From Massalongia carnosa (lineage: Eukaryota), in the NCBI GenBank assembly GCA_965645245.1, contig OZ287082.1, positions 1,364,001-1,428,000 of the forward strand: DNA of 64,000 nucleotides, read 5' to 3'. Below, piece after piece: positions 23,601 to 36,834 of this stretch (the stretch's first letter is position 1; each line of letters begins with the position of its first letter). The position numbers were made by a program, and so were the translations under genes. The notes beneath the pieces were generated by a model. It saw nothing but the letters and a program-made list of their open reading frames with translations, was not told where the DNA came from and searched no databases.

Positions 23601-25887
23601 GCTGACTGATCCATGCTTCTAGGGCTTTTCCTATTGATGTTTCTTGCCCCGTGCGAATCGTGGTTACCATTGAATTAATGGAAATGCCAGCTCTATCGCA
23701 TTGATTGATCAAGCTTTTGAAGATGGGCAATAGGGTCTTTTCCTTATGATCATTCAATGGATAAACCCATACATATGAGGTAAATTCGTCCGTAAAATGA
23801 GCTATACAGCTCGTTCCATCGAACCCCTTATCATTGATGGTTAGGTCAAAATGAAGCACCTGATATGGCTTGATGGCACGCCCTGACGGAGCTTTATTGA
23901 TGACTCTATGCATTTTGGAGACTGCACACGTTTCGCATTGAATGGTCCTAGGTGCGTTTTCACCCCCTACGCCTTTTGAAACTGTCACCTCATCGATCTT
24001 CTTTAGCTGGTCAATCACCTCTGGCCGGCAATGACCGAGGCGAAGATGCCATTTCCATGGAGTTGCTTTTGACGTATCGCGTGGCTGCACTGAGTTAGCA
24101 AACCCTATATCTATGGATTCAGGGTTATATTCTATGATTGAGAGCCCATAGTGCTCCTTTATTTCACATATTTGTTGCCCTGTCTCCTTAACTATAAGGG
24201 TATCAGTGAACATATCCCAGAAAAAGCCTCGTTTTTTCAACTTATTGGCCGAAACCAACGTCACTGATGAATCAGGAATATAAGCTGTTCCTTCGAATAA
24301 TAGCTCCCTTTTCTGGCCATTCAATAGGCCATTTACCCTCATTGTGCCATGACCATGGATTTTCATCTCCCCGTCGGGGGTGTCCACCCACATGTCTGAC
24401 GAAGTTGGGGTTATCTCTCCTATAAACCGTGATTTATCATAGGTCAGAGGGTTATCGCATCCAGAGTCAAAGATGACGCTTTTATGCAAGGGGTTATTTG
24501 CCCTAGATGTAACGTTCGCAAACGAGAAGGATTGACTAGGCAATTCAATGTGATTGCCCTGATTATGTTGATATTTCTCTGCTTTTTGAGAGCTCTTTTT
24601 GACTGACTCCTCAGTTATTCCATCTAGTATGTTGGTGTCGGTGACCTTCTTAATGGCCATGAAAAACCGAATGTTTGACTGAATTTTCTGACGTATTTCA
24701 TTGCGTACGGTTTTATCTTCCTTCCATGCAGGGGGGCGAGCTGATTTGACGATATATGGGCATAGCCTGAACAGGTGTATTTTCCCACATACGCACTTTC
24801 TATCCTTGAATCTGGCCTCTTTTGATTGGCCATTCCATTGACTTGATTGGCTAGGCCCCGGACCTTTATTTTCGTCCTGCATTTGCCCCTGCAGCGAGGC
24901 TGCATTAGCTTGATTTCTAGACGTTGCTTGTGCCTCATTCAGGAATGATTCCACGGCTAAACGATATTCCCTGGTTGTCTCGTAAAATTCAACCGTCGTC
25001 TTAGCAGCCCTATGCTGCATTACCCAGTTTTCACAGAAATTGGGCGCCCATTTCTTCCCTGATTGGAGAAATTCATTGATGAATATGGTCTCGGAGCCAA
25101 ATAGGCCCGTTACATTGAGCTCAACAATTTGTCCCTTAATATTCTCCCAATCAGCTACCCATGCCTCTATTTTACCTTTAATGGGCGGGGTTTTTAGGGC
25201 TAGAAATTGCTCATGCAATTGCTCTATGACTTGGTCATCTGACCGCTTATATCTTGCAGCCAGAATTTTTCACTATTTCTCTAACCGATGAAGCCATCTT
25301 ATTGGGGGGGATGTATGCTCGTGCGGAGCTCTTTAGTGCATTGTCCACTATTCTGAGTCCTTGGGCGACCTTCTCCACCTGTTTTTCCTTCATCTTATAG
25401 GCTGATATCTCCATTTTATAGTCCTCCTTTTGCTCAGCCGATAAATCGCCGTATTTCTCAGCCGATTTCGTGGCTATTACAACTCCACCTTCTATAATGG
25501 GGTAAGCAATTCCACCTGCTGGCTGTGCTTGAATAGGGACTTGATATTGTGAAACTTCCGGATATTCTCCCTCTTCGGGCTCCGGTTTTGAACCATTGGG
25601 GTCCACATATTGCCATACCTTCGCTTTCTTGGATATTCCTTGTAATTCCCTAATCCATAGATGATAATTCTTGGGAGTTAGGGCGATCATCGTTGCTTTG
25701 TTGGTCTCCTCCATTTTGATCGTTTGGTTGGATCGTTTTGGGAAGAGGGTTTTATTCAACTAGATCAATGAGTAGGAATTGAAGCTTCTATGCTCTCCGG
25801 GCTCATAACTATCAAGCTGTATGGGCTAATGTGGAATATGGGTGAAAAGGAGTGGTGTGTATTGATCTATGGGAGGTCTAGGCTAGC
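20657..25887 (-). mobile_element. Near-intact Ty1/Copia retrotransposon
   Basis: 3' LTR at 20657-20810 with a G-rich PPT beside it. 5' LTR remnant 25810-25887 is identical to the 3' LTR over its length. PBS GTTATGAGCCC at 25799-25809. gag-pol runs 25759-20908. Confidence 0.95.
20908..25759 (-). CDS. Copia gag-pol polyprotein (PR-IN-RT-RH) with one frameshift at ~25265
   Basis: IFDSGC (protease), WHLRLGH..CETC (zinc motif), TPEQNGVSER (integrase), FYVDD (RT), ADASYA..STTEAE (RNase H). Gag ORF 25247-25759 is out of frame at an A-run. Confidence 0.9.
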
Positions 25888-26483
25888 ACGCGGGGGACAA
25901 AAAAAAAACTACACCAAAATTTAACCGGGTTCAACCCCCCACCAAAACACAAGCAATTTCCATACAATTTTGATGGGATAATCACCATTTCAACAACCAG
26001 TCATCCAATTCATTCAATCTATTCAATAACCAGTCATTTTACCCTCACCATCCAAAACAGCTCTCAATCTATCTGGCATAGTAGACACCCGTTCATTGAT
26101 AAATGCCTGGGAAACGTTCGCCCACCCCTCATAAATTAGCCCCTTGGTCGTATCATCATCCCAATGAGGATATTTTTTTAAATATTGCTTCGGGGCCTGC
26201 CAGCAATTTTCTATGGGGGCCAAATCAGGTGAACATGGACAGTTGAAATAGTGCTTCAGATCGTTGTTCTGCTTCCAAGTGCGTACAATGTTTGATTTGC
26301 CTGGTCCATGTCCAGAATCACCGTCTTCTTCTAAGACGAAATCGTGTTTTGCTTCAATCCAGGGCTTCACAATAGGCTCCAATATAGAGTCGATATAGAC
26401 TCGTTGACTCATCTTTCCATTGGAGTTTCCAGGAACTCTGTAAAAGTAGATATCTGACTTGAAGTCATGACCTGCAGCAGCCC
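25887..26483 (-). mobile_element. 3' part of a CACGCGGG-terminus Tc1/IS630-type element (DD37E)
   Basis: Terminus CACGCGGGGGACAAAA at 25887 truncates the Copia LTR. ORF 26023-26412 has EEDGDSGHG...SPDLAPIEN and ends MTGY, like the copies at 49-52 kb. Confidence 0.85.
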
Positions 26484-27167
26484 AAAAACATTGTCATCAA
26501 CCACGGCTTGTTAGAAAACTGGGAAGACGAATTCGTTCCAGCGGGTATTGCTGATCGTGTTTTACAGTGTGGATCAGATTTTGCTGAAAGAGAAGGGTAC
26601 ACTATGAATCTTGAAAGTGACAACTACGAAAACGACCTGCATCATGCCGTCGAAGACGCTGGATTGGATGATTCGGGTATATTAAGTGGATGTTTATATA
26701 CAGACGCTGACGATACTCGAGAGCATCCAACAATGAAATTAGTGGCAGCAATGACAAACCATAAGCGCGCTGAGGATCGATTAGTGCGTCTGATTCACCA
26801 ATCCTTACCTACGAAAGCAAAGGCCATCCGGTTCCCTTGCATGACTGGGATAATCCAGACTTCTTTACAGCTGCCTTTCCAACGCTTTTTCCCTTTGCCG
26901 TCGGTGGTCATATCATCAAGAAGAATGAATCTAGACAGACAAGGGTGTCGCTTCAGGCTTGGGCAAAATGGGCCCTATGTCATCATTCGGGACGGTACGC
27001 TAATCTGCATTTCTATGGAATTTAGCTGATGCATTTAGCTTTGCCCGTCATCCTGCATTTATGTTTCTTGTGTACGACGTGATCAATCGACGTCAGGCAT
27101 CATTAGGATATTCTCTGCTCACCAAGACGAGACAATGGAAGGAAACACATGCTTTAGTGGATGCTAT
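26484..27167 (+). mobile_element. Helitron internal fragment (second copy, inverted relative to ~6720-7400)
   Basis: Close match to the reverse complement of 6720-7400 (ENWEDEFVPAGIADRV; FFTAAFPTLFPF). Confidence 0.88.
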
Positions 27168-28475
27168 TGTTGGTGTTATGCTAAAATGTTAACCTAACGG
27201 ACAAGGTCAGGCAACTGGTGACTGCTTAACCAGAATAGGCTTAGAGTAGATTAGCCAGTAGGTGTTCATAAACACCCACGATAGATAATAATCGAAATTA
27301 TCCCTTCCAAATATTCGTATCATGCACCAAGGTGATCACTTCTCCCTCCAATAGGTTATGAGAACCCAGATGCGTTGACAATAGTATGATTAATTAGACC
27401 ACGAGTATTCTAATCAGGACTGTTGACCAGCCAATCAGCTTTTCCTGCGACCACAGTGGTAGTTGACCAGCCAGTTAGCTGCTACCCCGACCGACCAGAC
27501 CCGACCGACCAATCGTTTTCTGTGCCGCAGCGATGGCATCAGACTCGAAAAACGATTATAGCTTTAAAAAGCTTACCGGCTCGACCGACTACAAGCAATG
27601 GACGCGTGACATGTCCTTTGCTTTGGAGGAGGCAAAGCTCTGGGACCATGTCCTAGGAACAGCTATACCACCTCCGGCACTGACAGCCAAAGATGATGAT
27701 GATGAGGAAAGGGTGGAAAGAATCTACCAGCGATCCCTCAAAATCAAAGACTTTTCTGACGACTCCCGCCGAACGGTGGCGAAAATTGGGAGAATGTGCA
27801 CAGAGACCGGGCAAAAGGAATTTCTCTCCAAGAATGAATTAGCAAAATAGACTCCAAAAGAGCTGTGGGACCATTTACAAATCCGCTATACACTACAAAA
27901 TTGGGCCTCCAAGTGGAACACGCTTGGAAAATTACACTCCATCCATCAAAGAGATTGCAAGAATGCTGCGGAATTTATCAGCAAAATTCGCGATATTAAA
28001 TCAGAAATCAATGACCTGAAAATCACCATGGATGAGGCAATCACAATTCATACCCTTAATTCGCTAGACACTCAGTTTATGTCTTACCTGGCCATCCTCA
28101 GTCATGAGTCGAGGGAGAAAGCAGAACTTCCAACTCTTGAGGTCTTAGCAAAGGCCTTGGAGGATGAAGAGTTACGACTAGCCAATCAGGACAAAGCGAC
28201 TGCAAATTACATGCAGAAAGGAAAGAAAGGAGGAAGGGACTCCGGTAAAAAGAAATATCGGGGGAGAACTCCAACTCTAATAATTCTACCGACAGCAAAG
28301 ACTCATATGTCTGCACCGGATGTAAGAAAACACATGGAAAAGGTGATTGCTGGATGGAAAACGTGGAATGTAATGGATGTGGAAAACACGGTCACATCAA
28401 GAAGTTCTGTAAAAAGAACAAGACGAACAAGGAAAGCGAGGCGACCATCCCCGACGTAACCACCAAATTTTGACT
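27168..28475 (+). mobile_element. Copia 5' LTR, PBS and degenerate gag
   Basis: LTR 27168-27353 (TGTTGG...CCAATA), PBS GGTTATGAG at 27354, gag from 27533 (KLTGSTDYKQW) and zinc knuckle CNGCGKHGHIKKFC at ~28368-28410. Confidence 0.85.
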
Positions 28476-28787
28476 TGTCATGTGTTCGTAAATGTTGATA
28501 TCAGAATAATTGTGTCTGCGACCACGTGTTAGGTTAACAGCTGTCGCTAGGTCTAATTAAGCTCTTGTTACGATATGTCGAAGACGAATCGTAACAAATT
28601 AAAAGAAGATTGCTTTGTAACAACTCTTCATCTTATATATCAGAATCATACAAATTGACATTTTTTACATGGTCATATACCTATTGTAATGACAAAAGTG
28701 AACTTAATAATTGTCGATAAATTCAACTTTTTCATCGGATTAGACTTCTTTGTAGTGAAATACCTAGAGCTATTCATCAGGACACTA

Positions 28788-31301
28788 CTCGAGATGACTG
28801 GGATATGCAACAAACCTAGATATGCAACAGCACTAGTAGGGGTTTACCCGAAGTTTGACCGATAATCTTCTGATTAGCATTGACAGTCTTCCTTATCGAA
28901 TTTGGCTGCAGTATCTTCAGAGCACTAAGAATTGCAAGCAACGGCCGAATTAATGGTTTAAACAATTGAAGCTATAGAAAGCTTTGGTGCTTAGGCCCCG
29001 CCCGCTAGGCCGGCTCAGTGCTATATTATACATGATGTAGTATATAAAGCAGTCAATCTCGCCTTCTAGGAGGTCTCACTATCCTCCCAGAAGCCGTATA
29101 TACAGGCAATACCGTCATAGCGTCCTTGATTTTATGTATTCCCTCACTTCGGGCCTTGACTGACTTCCTGCCTCTTTTACCTCTCATCCCTTTATTCCTA
29201 ACATTCTGTACCTCAGTCTGTATAGCGAACTCCGGATCCTCATTCACTAAGCAAGGCTCTGGCGGAGCAAGTTTTGAAGGGTCTAAATCGATGGAAATTG
29301 GCTGGATAGCCTGTGCCTTCTTACTTGTCTTGTTTTTCAGACTTTGAGGTTTGGGCTCTGCAATGAGGCTCCACACAGATTTCCAGGCCTCCCAGAACTC
29401 CTTCTCTTGTTTATCTGCACGCTTCTTCTGCTCCTCTGTGTGCTTTTTCATCTCCCGTTCTTCGAGGACGTCATGATTCATTATACGTCCTTTACCGAGC
29501 TGTTGATTTGAACGTTTGGCCTTCTCCTTTTTACACTGTTGATTCTCCAACAATTCAGTATTTGTAGTCTCTAGTAACACCTTCTCGAAGTACGCTTTTG
29601 ATCCAGCCTTGCCTAGCCTCATAATCTCTTGCTGAGTAGCCTTCCCATCAATAGCTTGTGGACGATTTCATCGAATTCAGCTGCATTTCTTGGAGTCTTG
29701 ATAGGAGCGGATATAGTGACGCCATCCGACGATCGGTAGAATACTTCTGGTGGCATATACGGCCTTAGAGTAACAGTGTTTATCACATCTTTCGGCTGTG
29801 GCAATGTCTTCAAAAGACTCTCCGGATCCAGAGGAAATGAAAGTGCTTTCTGCCAAGCACTGAGAATAGTAGTGAGTTTGACTGTCTCACTCCGAGCTCG
29901 TTGATATAAATCAATGAAATCGACCTTATCCACGTTAGCACTGCTATCTCACTTTATCAGACGCAGTAGCTTGGTCCGATAGAGACTCCCCAGTGGCTGA
30001 AAGAAACCCACATCTAACGGCTGGAGTACGTGAGTCGTGTGAGCTGCTGGAAGGCAAGCAAGAATAATCTTCTCATTGATACAGAATTGGATAACTTCCG
30101 ACATAATATGAGAAGCATGCCCGTCGAGGATATGCAAGCGATATTCGCCTTGTTGTCGCTTCTTCGAATATGGATCAAATACACGTTTAAACCATTCGAA
30201 AGCGAGTGTATTATTGGTCCAGCCCTTGTCACTGATAGCGATGTTATTACCTCGCTCCAATTCATTCATCCAGGCCTTCCTTTGAGTCTTTGCTTTAATG
30301 ATGACGAAAGCAGGAAGAAGTGTTCCATCTGCAGAGATACATTCAAGAAGAGACACTCATTCCCGGCTCCCATTCTGACACATGTATGCATTGAGGTTTG
30401 CCTTTGAAACCACTACTTTCTGCTTGCCTGCTTAGCCTATTGCAAAGCTCTTCTCGTCCATATTATATACGTATCTTTTTTCAATGTTGTATTGCTTCAT
30501 TGTGTCCGAAAAGAGTTTACACCAATAATTGATTGTTTCGTAATTGACAGCATTGATGCGCTCTTTATCTAACGGAGTGCAAAAGCGAGATTTTACCGAA
30601 TGATGTCGATTCAAGAACTTCTCCACCCAGTGACATCCCAATGGGGTATGATTTCCTCTTTATTTGAGAATCTCTTCTGCTTGTAACTTGATTCGATAAA
30701 TCATTGGAGGGAAGCCCCAATTGGCCAATAATTTGATCCAGTTTACTAAGCATCCCCTCCTCAATGACAGTGAGGCGTTGTTGGGCTTGATGAGCTTTGT
30801 GATGAGGTAATTTTTCTCCTTTGTATCGTCGATATAATGTTGTATGACAAACATTGTATTTGTTGACATATTGGCGGAATGAAGGCTAGGCTTCTCTTGC
30901 TTAGGCTTTATTTCAGGCTAAGGCTTTATTTCAAGCTAGAGTTCATATTCATCCCACCGCTTGATAGCTTTGGCACAGGAGATCAGAGCAAGCTCCATGC
31001 GCTCACGCCTTGGGGTGACCTCTGTATCTGATTCCTCTTCTAATGGGTCTTCCTCAACAGATTGCATGATATGTTGGTAACGGAGGGATGGCTAGGCCAG
31101 GCGCTGAGACCAATTATAGCTTCAATGGCCAGGGTTTAGGGTTGGAGAGTAGGTATAGGTCAACTGGCTGATTTGTAGAGACGCTACAGTATAAATTTTG
31201 GTAGGAATGCTTCATGATAAACGCATCGGATAAACGTCGGATATAAACCCCTACTAGTGCTGTTGCATATCTAGGTATGTTGCATATCCCAGTCATCCCG
31301 A
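28788..31301 (-). mobile_element. pogo/Fot1-type DNA transposon, full length, transposase pseudogene
   Basis: ~58-bp TIRs (GATGACTGGGATATGCAACA.ACCTAGATATGCAACAGCACTAGTAGGGGTTTA) flanked by TA. Motifs YNMDEKSF, LDGHASH and HTTHVLQPLDVG. Confidence 0.9.
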
Positions 31302-31505
31302 TATGTACTAAGAGTAATGAAAATGCAGAGAGAATATGAAAGATGCTCGATCGTGGGTGCTATGTAGGCTGCAAGCAAGCGCTAGGCCTAGTCGAGATAC
31401 CAGGCCGAGAACGAAGCGGCATATGGTAGAACCAAGATAGTCTCCTCCTTCCATTCCCCAAGTATCGTCAAAAGTGCCTTTCTACAACTATTACGGGATT
31501 CTCTC

Positions 31506-33240
31506 CTACTCGAAAGAAGAGTTGTCGTGCTCATGTTTTCTAAGATGTAGGTCCGAAGTGTTGCTGCGTTGCAATTTGTCCCGAGACGAATGGGTCCGAT
31601 ACTCGACGAGAAATGAGTGGGGTCGCGAGCTGAAGCAAGAGAAGAGATATTTATGGAGAGAAGCGAAGCCCACGAAACGTTTTTTCGATACGGTCGTCTG
31701 GTCACGGCGGAAAAGCGAAGCGAGGATGGGCATGCAGCTGCAGATGATACCAGCGTCAAGTTCCGCGGCGCTGGAAGAGAGGGAAAACGGGTTAGATCTC
31801 TTGATCTCAAGACACGGCTCGGGACCGACTAGCCCGACCGGGATTTTTTTAAAATATAGAAGAGCAAAAGAGAGAGAAAAACATGCCTGAAAATATAAAG
31901 TGAGACGTCGAACCAGCTATGGTCCTTGATGTTCATTGTCTTGACGCGGTATCCGAGATTGCCTAGCGAGCATATGATGGCGCTGGGCAGAGGCAGAAAA
32001 ACAGTAAGTAATTTTCTCAACAATCTTGACTAGGCAAAGATGAAAACTCACATAATCCCAACCATGAAAATCGCGCTAATTCCGAGCTTTCTCTGCTTGG
32101 GCAGTTGCAGCTGAAAGACCGCCTGAATTGGAACAACAACTAGATAGATGTCGCTCAACGTGCCAAAAACCCCGAAAACAACCGCCAAACGCCGAGATGG
32201 GACCGAACATTTCTGTTCGATTGTTGACCAAATATATATATCGTTTTTGCCGGGGGGAGGCACGCAAAGCACACAATTGGCGATAATACACGACGAATAA
32301 AAAATGCCGCAGACAAGGATGCCCAGGTAGACGAGCCATCGCGTCACTTTGTTCGGTTTAAAAACACGGAGATAGAGCAAGAAGAGAGAGAGTTTGACGA
32401 AGAAGGCAGAGGCGGCGAAAAGGGTTAGTGTTGCTAGTAAGACCTGGATTTCAGTATTAAAAATTAGCAACAATTAAGTCGACTAAGAGTTGGAGAGAAC
32501 GAAAGAGAGATCTTTGGATCCGGTTCGAAGTTACTGACTTCAGGGGTGAGGAACTCTCAGAAAGGGGGATAATCAAGAGCGTATATATACATACTTGAAA
32601 AACGCCTTTTGTGAAGCGTGTCAGCGGAATGTCCCACATATGCCTCCCCAGCCATTTTTCGGAGCTCATGCCTGTGAAATCATAGTCGACGTTAGATAAC
32701 TTAACGTTAATTTGTTACTCTTCCCTTCACCTATCTATAGAAAACACCCACTTCTGGGATTGGATTGATTACTTACTAAAAAATGAAAGAGCGTTATGTC
32801 CCACAATCAGCGCCTATAGACAAAACATGTACATCATCAGAACTTTGATGGTTCTACAAATCTCTCAATATGTGGATTGATAAAATCTCGTTTTCTTACA
32901 TAGCCCAAGATACAAGCCCCTATATATCCCCATCACCTCTTAAATATTAGCATAGTTTGTTCTCGAAGAAATCAACTTATGAACAAAACAGCTAATCTCT
33001 ATATAAGTCTGAGACCGAAACAAAGAGGAATAACTTACAATCATCCCATCCCCACATATGTGTCACCGCTAATTTGACGTAAACCCTCAAAGCGACAAAA
33101 ATAGTGGTGAGGCCAATGCATATCCCCATGGCAACATATGCTTCAATTGCCCTAGATTCGCCATGGTCGAAATTGGGTCTTATCCCGGGCGGAGGAGCAC
33201 CAACTGGAATATGCGAATAGTCTATCACTTGAGCCATCAT
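31506..33240 (-). CDS. PTH11-like integral membrane protein (fungal GPCR, no CFEM), multi-exon
   Basis: PPPG..PNF, FVALRVYVK..WGWDD, GRHMWDIP, FVKLSLFLLYLRVF, SDIYLVVVPI..V..LQLP..RKLGISAIFMVG, AELDAGIICSCMP. Exon boundaries not all resolved. Confidence 0.85.
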
Positions 33241-33857
33241 CTACCTCGAGGTATCTTTCTCGCTCACTCTCTCGGATCACAACAAGAAGCGAAAGATCTT
33301 CTTCGGGCTAAATATACAAGATATGTCCCTCTATATTTCGTCCGTTACTTGATTGAAAGTTCCCGCAGAGACACGAAAACAATAACTTGAGAATGTCGGG
33401 GCTGTAGGAGAGATTATAGTCAGTGGACGAGAAGTACTATTTTTTGGATTCCATCAATAGACACTTAAACCGAGAGGGAGGGAAAAGACCGCAGGGCATG
33501 AAGCGTGGAGTTCTTTTGCGCCCGTAGGCAGGTCGAGGAAGGGCCTTGAATGGCTGAAGGGGCGTTGACATTGCGTGCGGAAACTCGTTTGAATGGAAAC
33601 CATTCATCTGACAAGGCGGTGAAAGGCGTAGCCTCAGTACACAGTGGTAACTCCGATGGACCGCACCCGGAGCTACGGTCCGGGTCCGGTCCACCAAAGG
33701 GGTTTCCTCGGTCGCACGGTTAACTGATGTTATGCAAGGGGCTATGCAAGGGGCTATTCGTTAAAGAGATAACCCAATCAGAGACACGTCCTTCGCGAAC
33801 ATGTAGCTTCCGAGAAGTAAGATATGCACGACGCATTCGTGCCGCCTAGAAGGGTTT

Positions 33858-35428
33858 ACGTAATTGCCACCTATTCGGGCCAGCCACCTATTCGGGCCAG
33901 CCACCTATTCGGGCCGGCCATCCGCAAATTCCACCATCATCTCCAAATAGAGAAACACCATCAGCGCATTACGTCTGTCAACATCAAAACTAGCTAAAAA
34001 CATCACTGTCCATGGCCAATTCCTTCCAGGCAATGGCAATCAATTCCTGATTGGTATGCTGTAGAATAATTCTATCAGCAACAGCATTCAAAGCGGTTGT
34101 TTTTAGAACATCAACATGCGCGCGGAGAGACGGAGTCATACGAGTGAACAAAACGTCGCTAGCCTCTTGAATCCGTTTGGTCGTTTTGGGAGTGTCATTA
34201 TTGACGTCGCGACAAGATGGAGGAGTGACTGGTCTAGGTAATTTGTCTATAACATGCTGAGAATTGTACGGAACCAGACCTGTTCCTCGCCAGGCACTCA
34301 AGATGTTGGTGGTGGACATGGCCTGTTTTTTCTTGCGACCTGAAGAAATTCCACCTTCGAGAAGTTTACGGGCCCCGTAACGAGATCTGCTAGAAACTAA
34401 GTGCTTGTAGGTCTTACTCAATGATCCAAAACACCCACGTCCAATGATTGCAATGGATGAGTGGAATGAGGAGATAGACACAAGGATACAATCTTGTTTT
34501 TTTTGATCGCAGAACTCCATGGGTTCCACTGTGATGTGACTGTCATGCCCATCGACATCAACAGTCTATAAACCCCTTGAGTGCGACTTGTTTGCGGATG
34601 AAAAACTTCTTTTAACCAATGCAAAGCTATTTCCCGATCCGTCCATCCATTGGGACTGACCCGAATAGTTGTTTTCTCGTCCGCAATGGCTGCATACCAG
34701 GCTTGCTGAATCTGAGCACCTTGAAATATGAAATAAGCAGGAAGAATACTCCCGCGAGAGGATATACACTCAATTAAAGTGACCCAATCCCTGTTTCCTG
34801 AATGCACATTGAAAGATGCTGTATTACCTCTTATTATGACCTTAAAACAGTCCGCAATGCCCATGACAAATCCTTTTTCATTCATGTTGTATATATCTGC
34901 ATCTGCGACACCGTATTTCTCGCGAGTGATCATGAACAAATCAAATCAGTCCTTCATGATAACAGGGTCGCTGACGTCTTTTCTACCTGATCCAAATTTC
35001 TATTGTATTATAACTTGAATTCAGGATGTCTGTTCAAAAAGTTTTTGTACCAATGATGTCCAAGCGCTTTTCGATCCCCTTTGACCTCCATCAAACTCTT
35101 AACCATGCCTTTGAGATGTATAGTTCGAGGGGGCCAGCCCCATGCAGTCTTTCTTTCAATCCATGTAATCAGTGCTTGTTCTTCTTGTACGAATAGTCTT
35201 TGCATAGTTTGATGATAGAATTTTGCAGGTTGTCTCCCCCGTAAACGAGCTTGAAGCGTCGATGAGGAATGTCATAAACACGAGCGATTTCTCGTTGTGA
35301 TACATTAGGATTTTCCCGCAAATATTCAACAACTAATTCTAAACGATTATTAGAATCTGATATATCTAATTTGTGACGAGACGGACTCGGTGAGATAAGT
35401 TCAGGTGGTACGAGGTCTTTGCTATAGG
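33858..35428 (-). mobile_element. pogo/Fot1-type transposon, 5' end missing at the boundary of the 10.8-kb element
   Basis: Terminus ACGTAATT followed by three 17-bp repeats GCCACCTATTCGGGCC(A/G) at 33867-33917. Motifs EEQALITWI..WGWPPR, IYNMNEKGF, GWTD and HSTHPLQSLDVG. Confidence 0.88.
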
Positions 35429-36834
35429 TACCTTAAGGGCGGTTGGGGGTTTTCGGACATGGTCATGGAATGATCTCAAGATCCAGGACATGTCTTCGCT
35501 AAAATGGTGTCGATATTAATAGACCGTGGTTCAAGCCAATTCCCGAAGTAAGATCCTGTTGAAGGAAAAGCACGTGATTTCGGACTAATAACCGAGGCCT
35601 CGATCTTTCAGATGCTATTTCTTTCTATGCCATATATCTGATTTCTAATACTCAATGATTTCAAAGCATTGTACCTCGCGTGGGTTCCGGATCACTAATG
35701 ATCTATTAGTAAATAGAAGTGGCTGGAAGATATCTAGATTATGAAAGAATGTGGCGAAATGGTCTATATAGCTAGCTAGAATTTCCAGTTGAGATAGACA
35801 AGGAGAACATCATTTTCCAGATCAATAAGAACGGTCCGACAAATGGGTACAACGGCAGGTTCCCGGTTTGAATGTTTTTTTGAGCGCTTTCCTGATTGAT
35901 ATGACTCAACATTGTCCTGCACGTGTAAGATAGCTTAAAATTCTGCTTGTGTCTGATGAGAAATATCTGCGGATAATATAGAGTCTGAAATCATTTTGAA
36001 AATATTATAGTCTTGAAAAGGATATATCTTAGTGAACATTCATATTGGTATGAACAGTGCTTGCAGTAAAAAAGCATCTGGCAATGGTTTGGAGATCGTC
36101 TCAGTTTTGACAAGATCTCAAGACCTTCAAGATCGTGTTCCGGATAAAACGATCAGAAAACAATATTATAAAAGAGATATCACGTTCATGCAACCTCGTT
36201 ACAGCTGAGTTGTATTCGGGTTCACATGATGTATTCGCCCAGTTGATGGTTAGAGAAACAAGTTATTGATTTAGTGACAGCTTCTAATCTACACTCTATG
36301 AATGCTATCATCCTCATGCCATGTTTCTCGTTCTCGTTGCTGTCTCGCACGATCTAGTCTTGAATCACTCCATCGATTCCTTCCCGTACCTCCTCTCACA
36401 ACATGTATGAAACTGATGAATCAAGGCAGACAAGAGACGTGCCTTGAGGATCTGAAGAATAAGACTGTTAGCTTGAATTGCAATATGCACAGAGAACATA
36501 ACGTACCAAGTGCCTATGTAGAAGATAGGGTAGCCTAACGCAAAAAATAAATTAGTCTCGGTCCTTTCATACAAGTTTGAATGCGAGAGATCAATCACCA
36601 AATTTATAATGGAGAGTGTCAGCAAAACTCAGCTGTTCTGACCTGACAAAGCCTTCTCGCCTGAGGAGATTCTAGAGGAGGCTTCTAAGACTGCCTTCTC
36701 GGGGGCGTCCTTCTCGGAGGCGTCCTTCTCGGAAACGGCCTTCTCCAATAAAGCCTGCTTTGGCATGACTCTAGGTTCTCTATCGTCTGTTAGCTGTAGT
36801 TGCATCATCATCGTCAGCAGAATGGGAAGAACTC

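Noticed and set aside
28565..28597. Small hairpins TTGTTACGAT..ATCGTAACAA and TGTCAGG..CCTGACA (60157-60177) as mini-elements
   Set aside because: They are too short and have no TSD. They could be chance or collapsed LTR ends.
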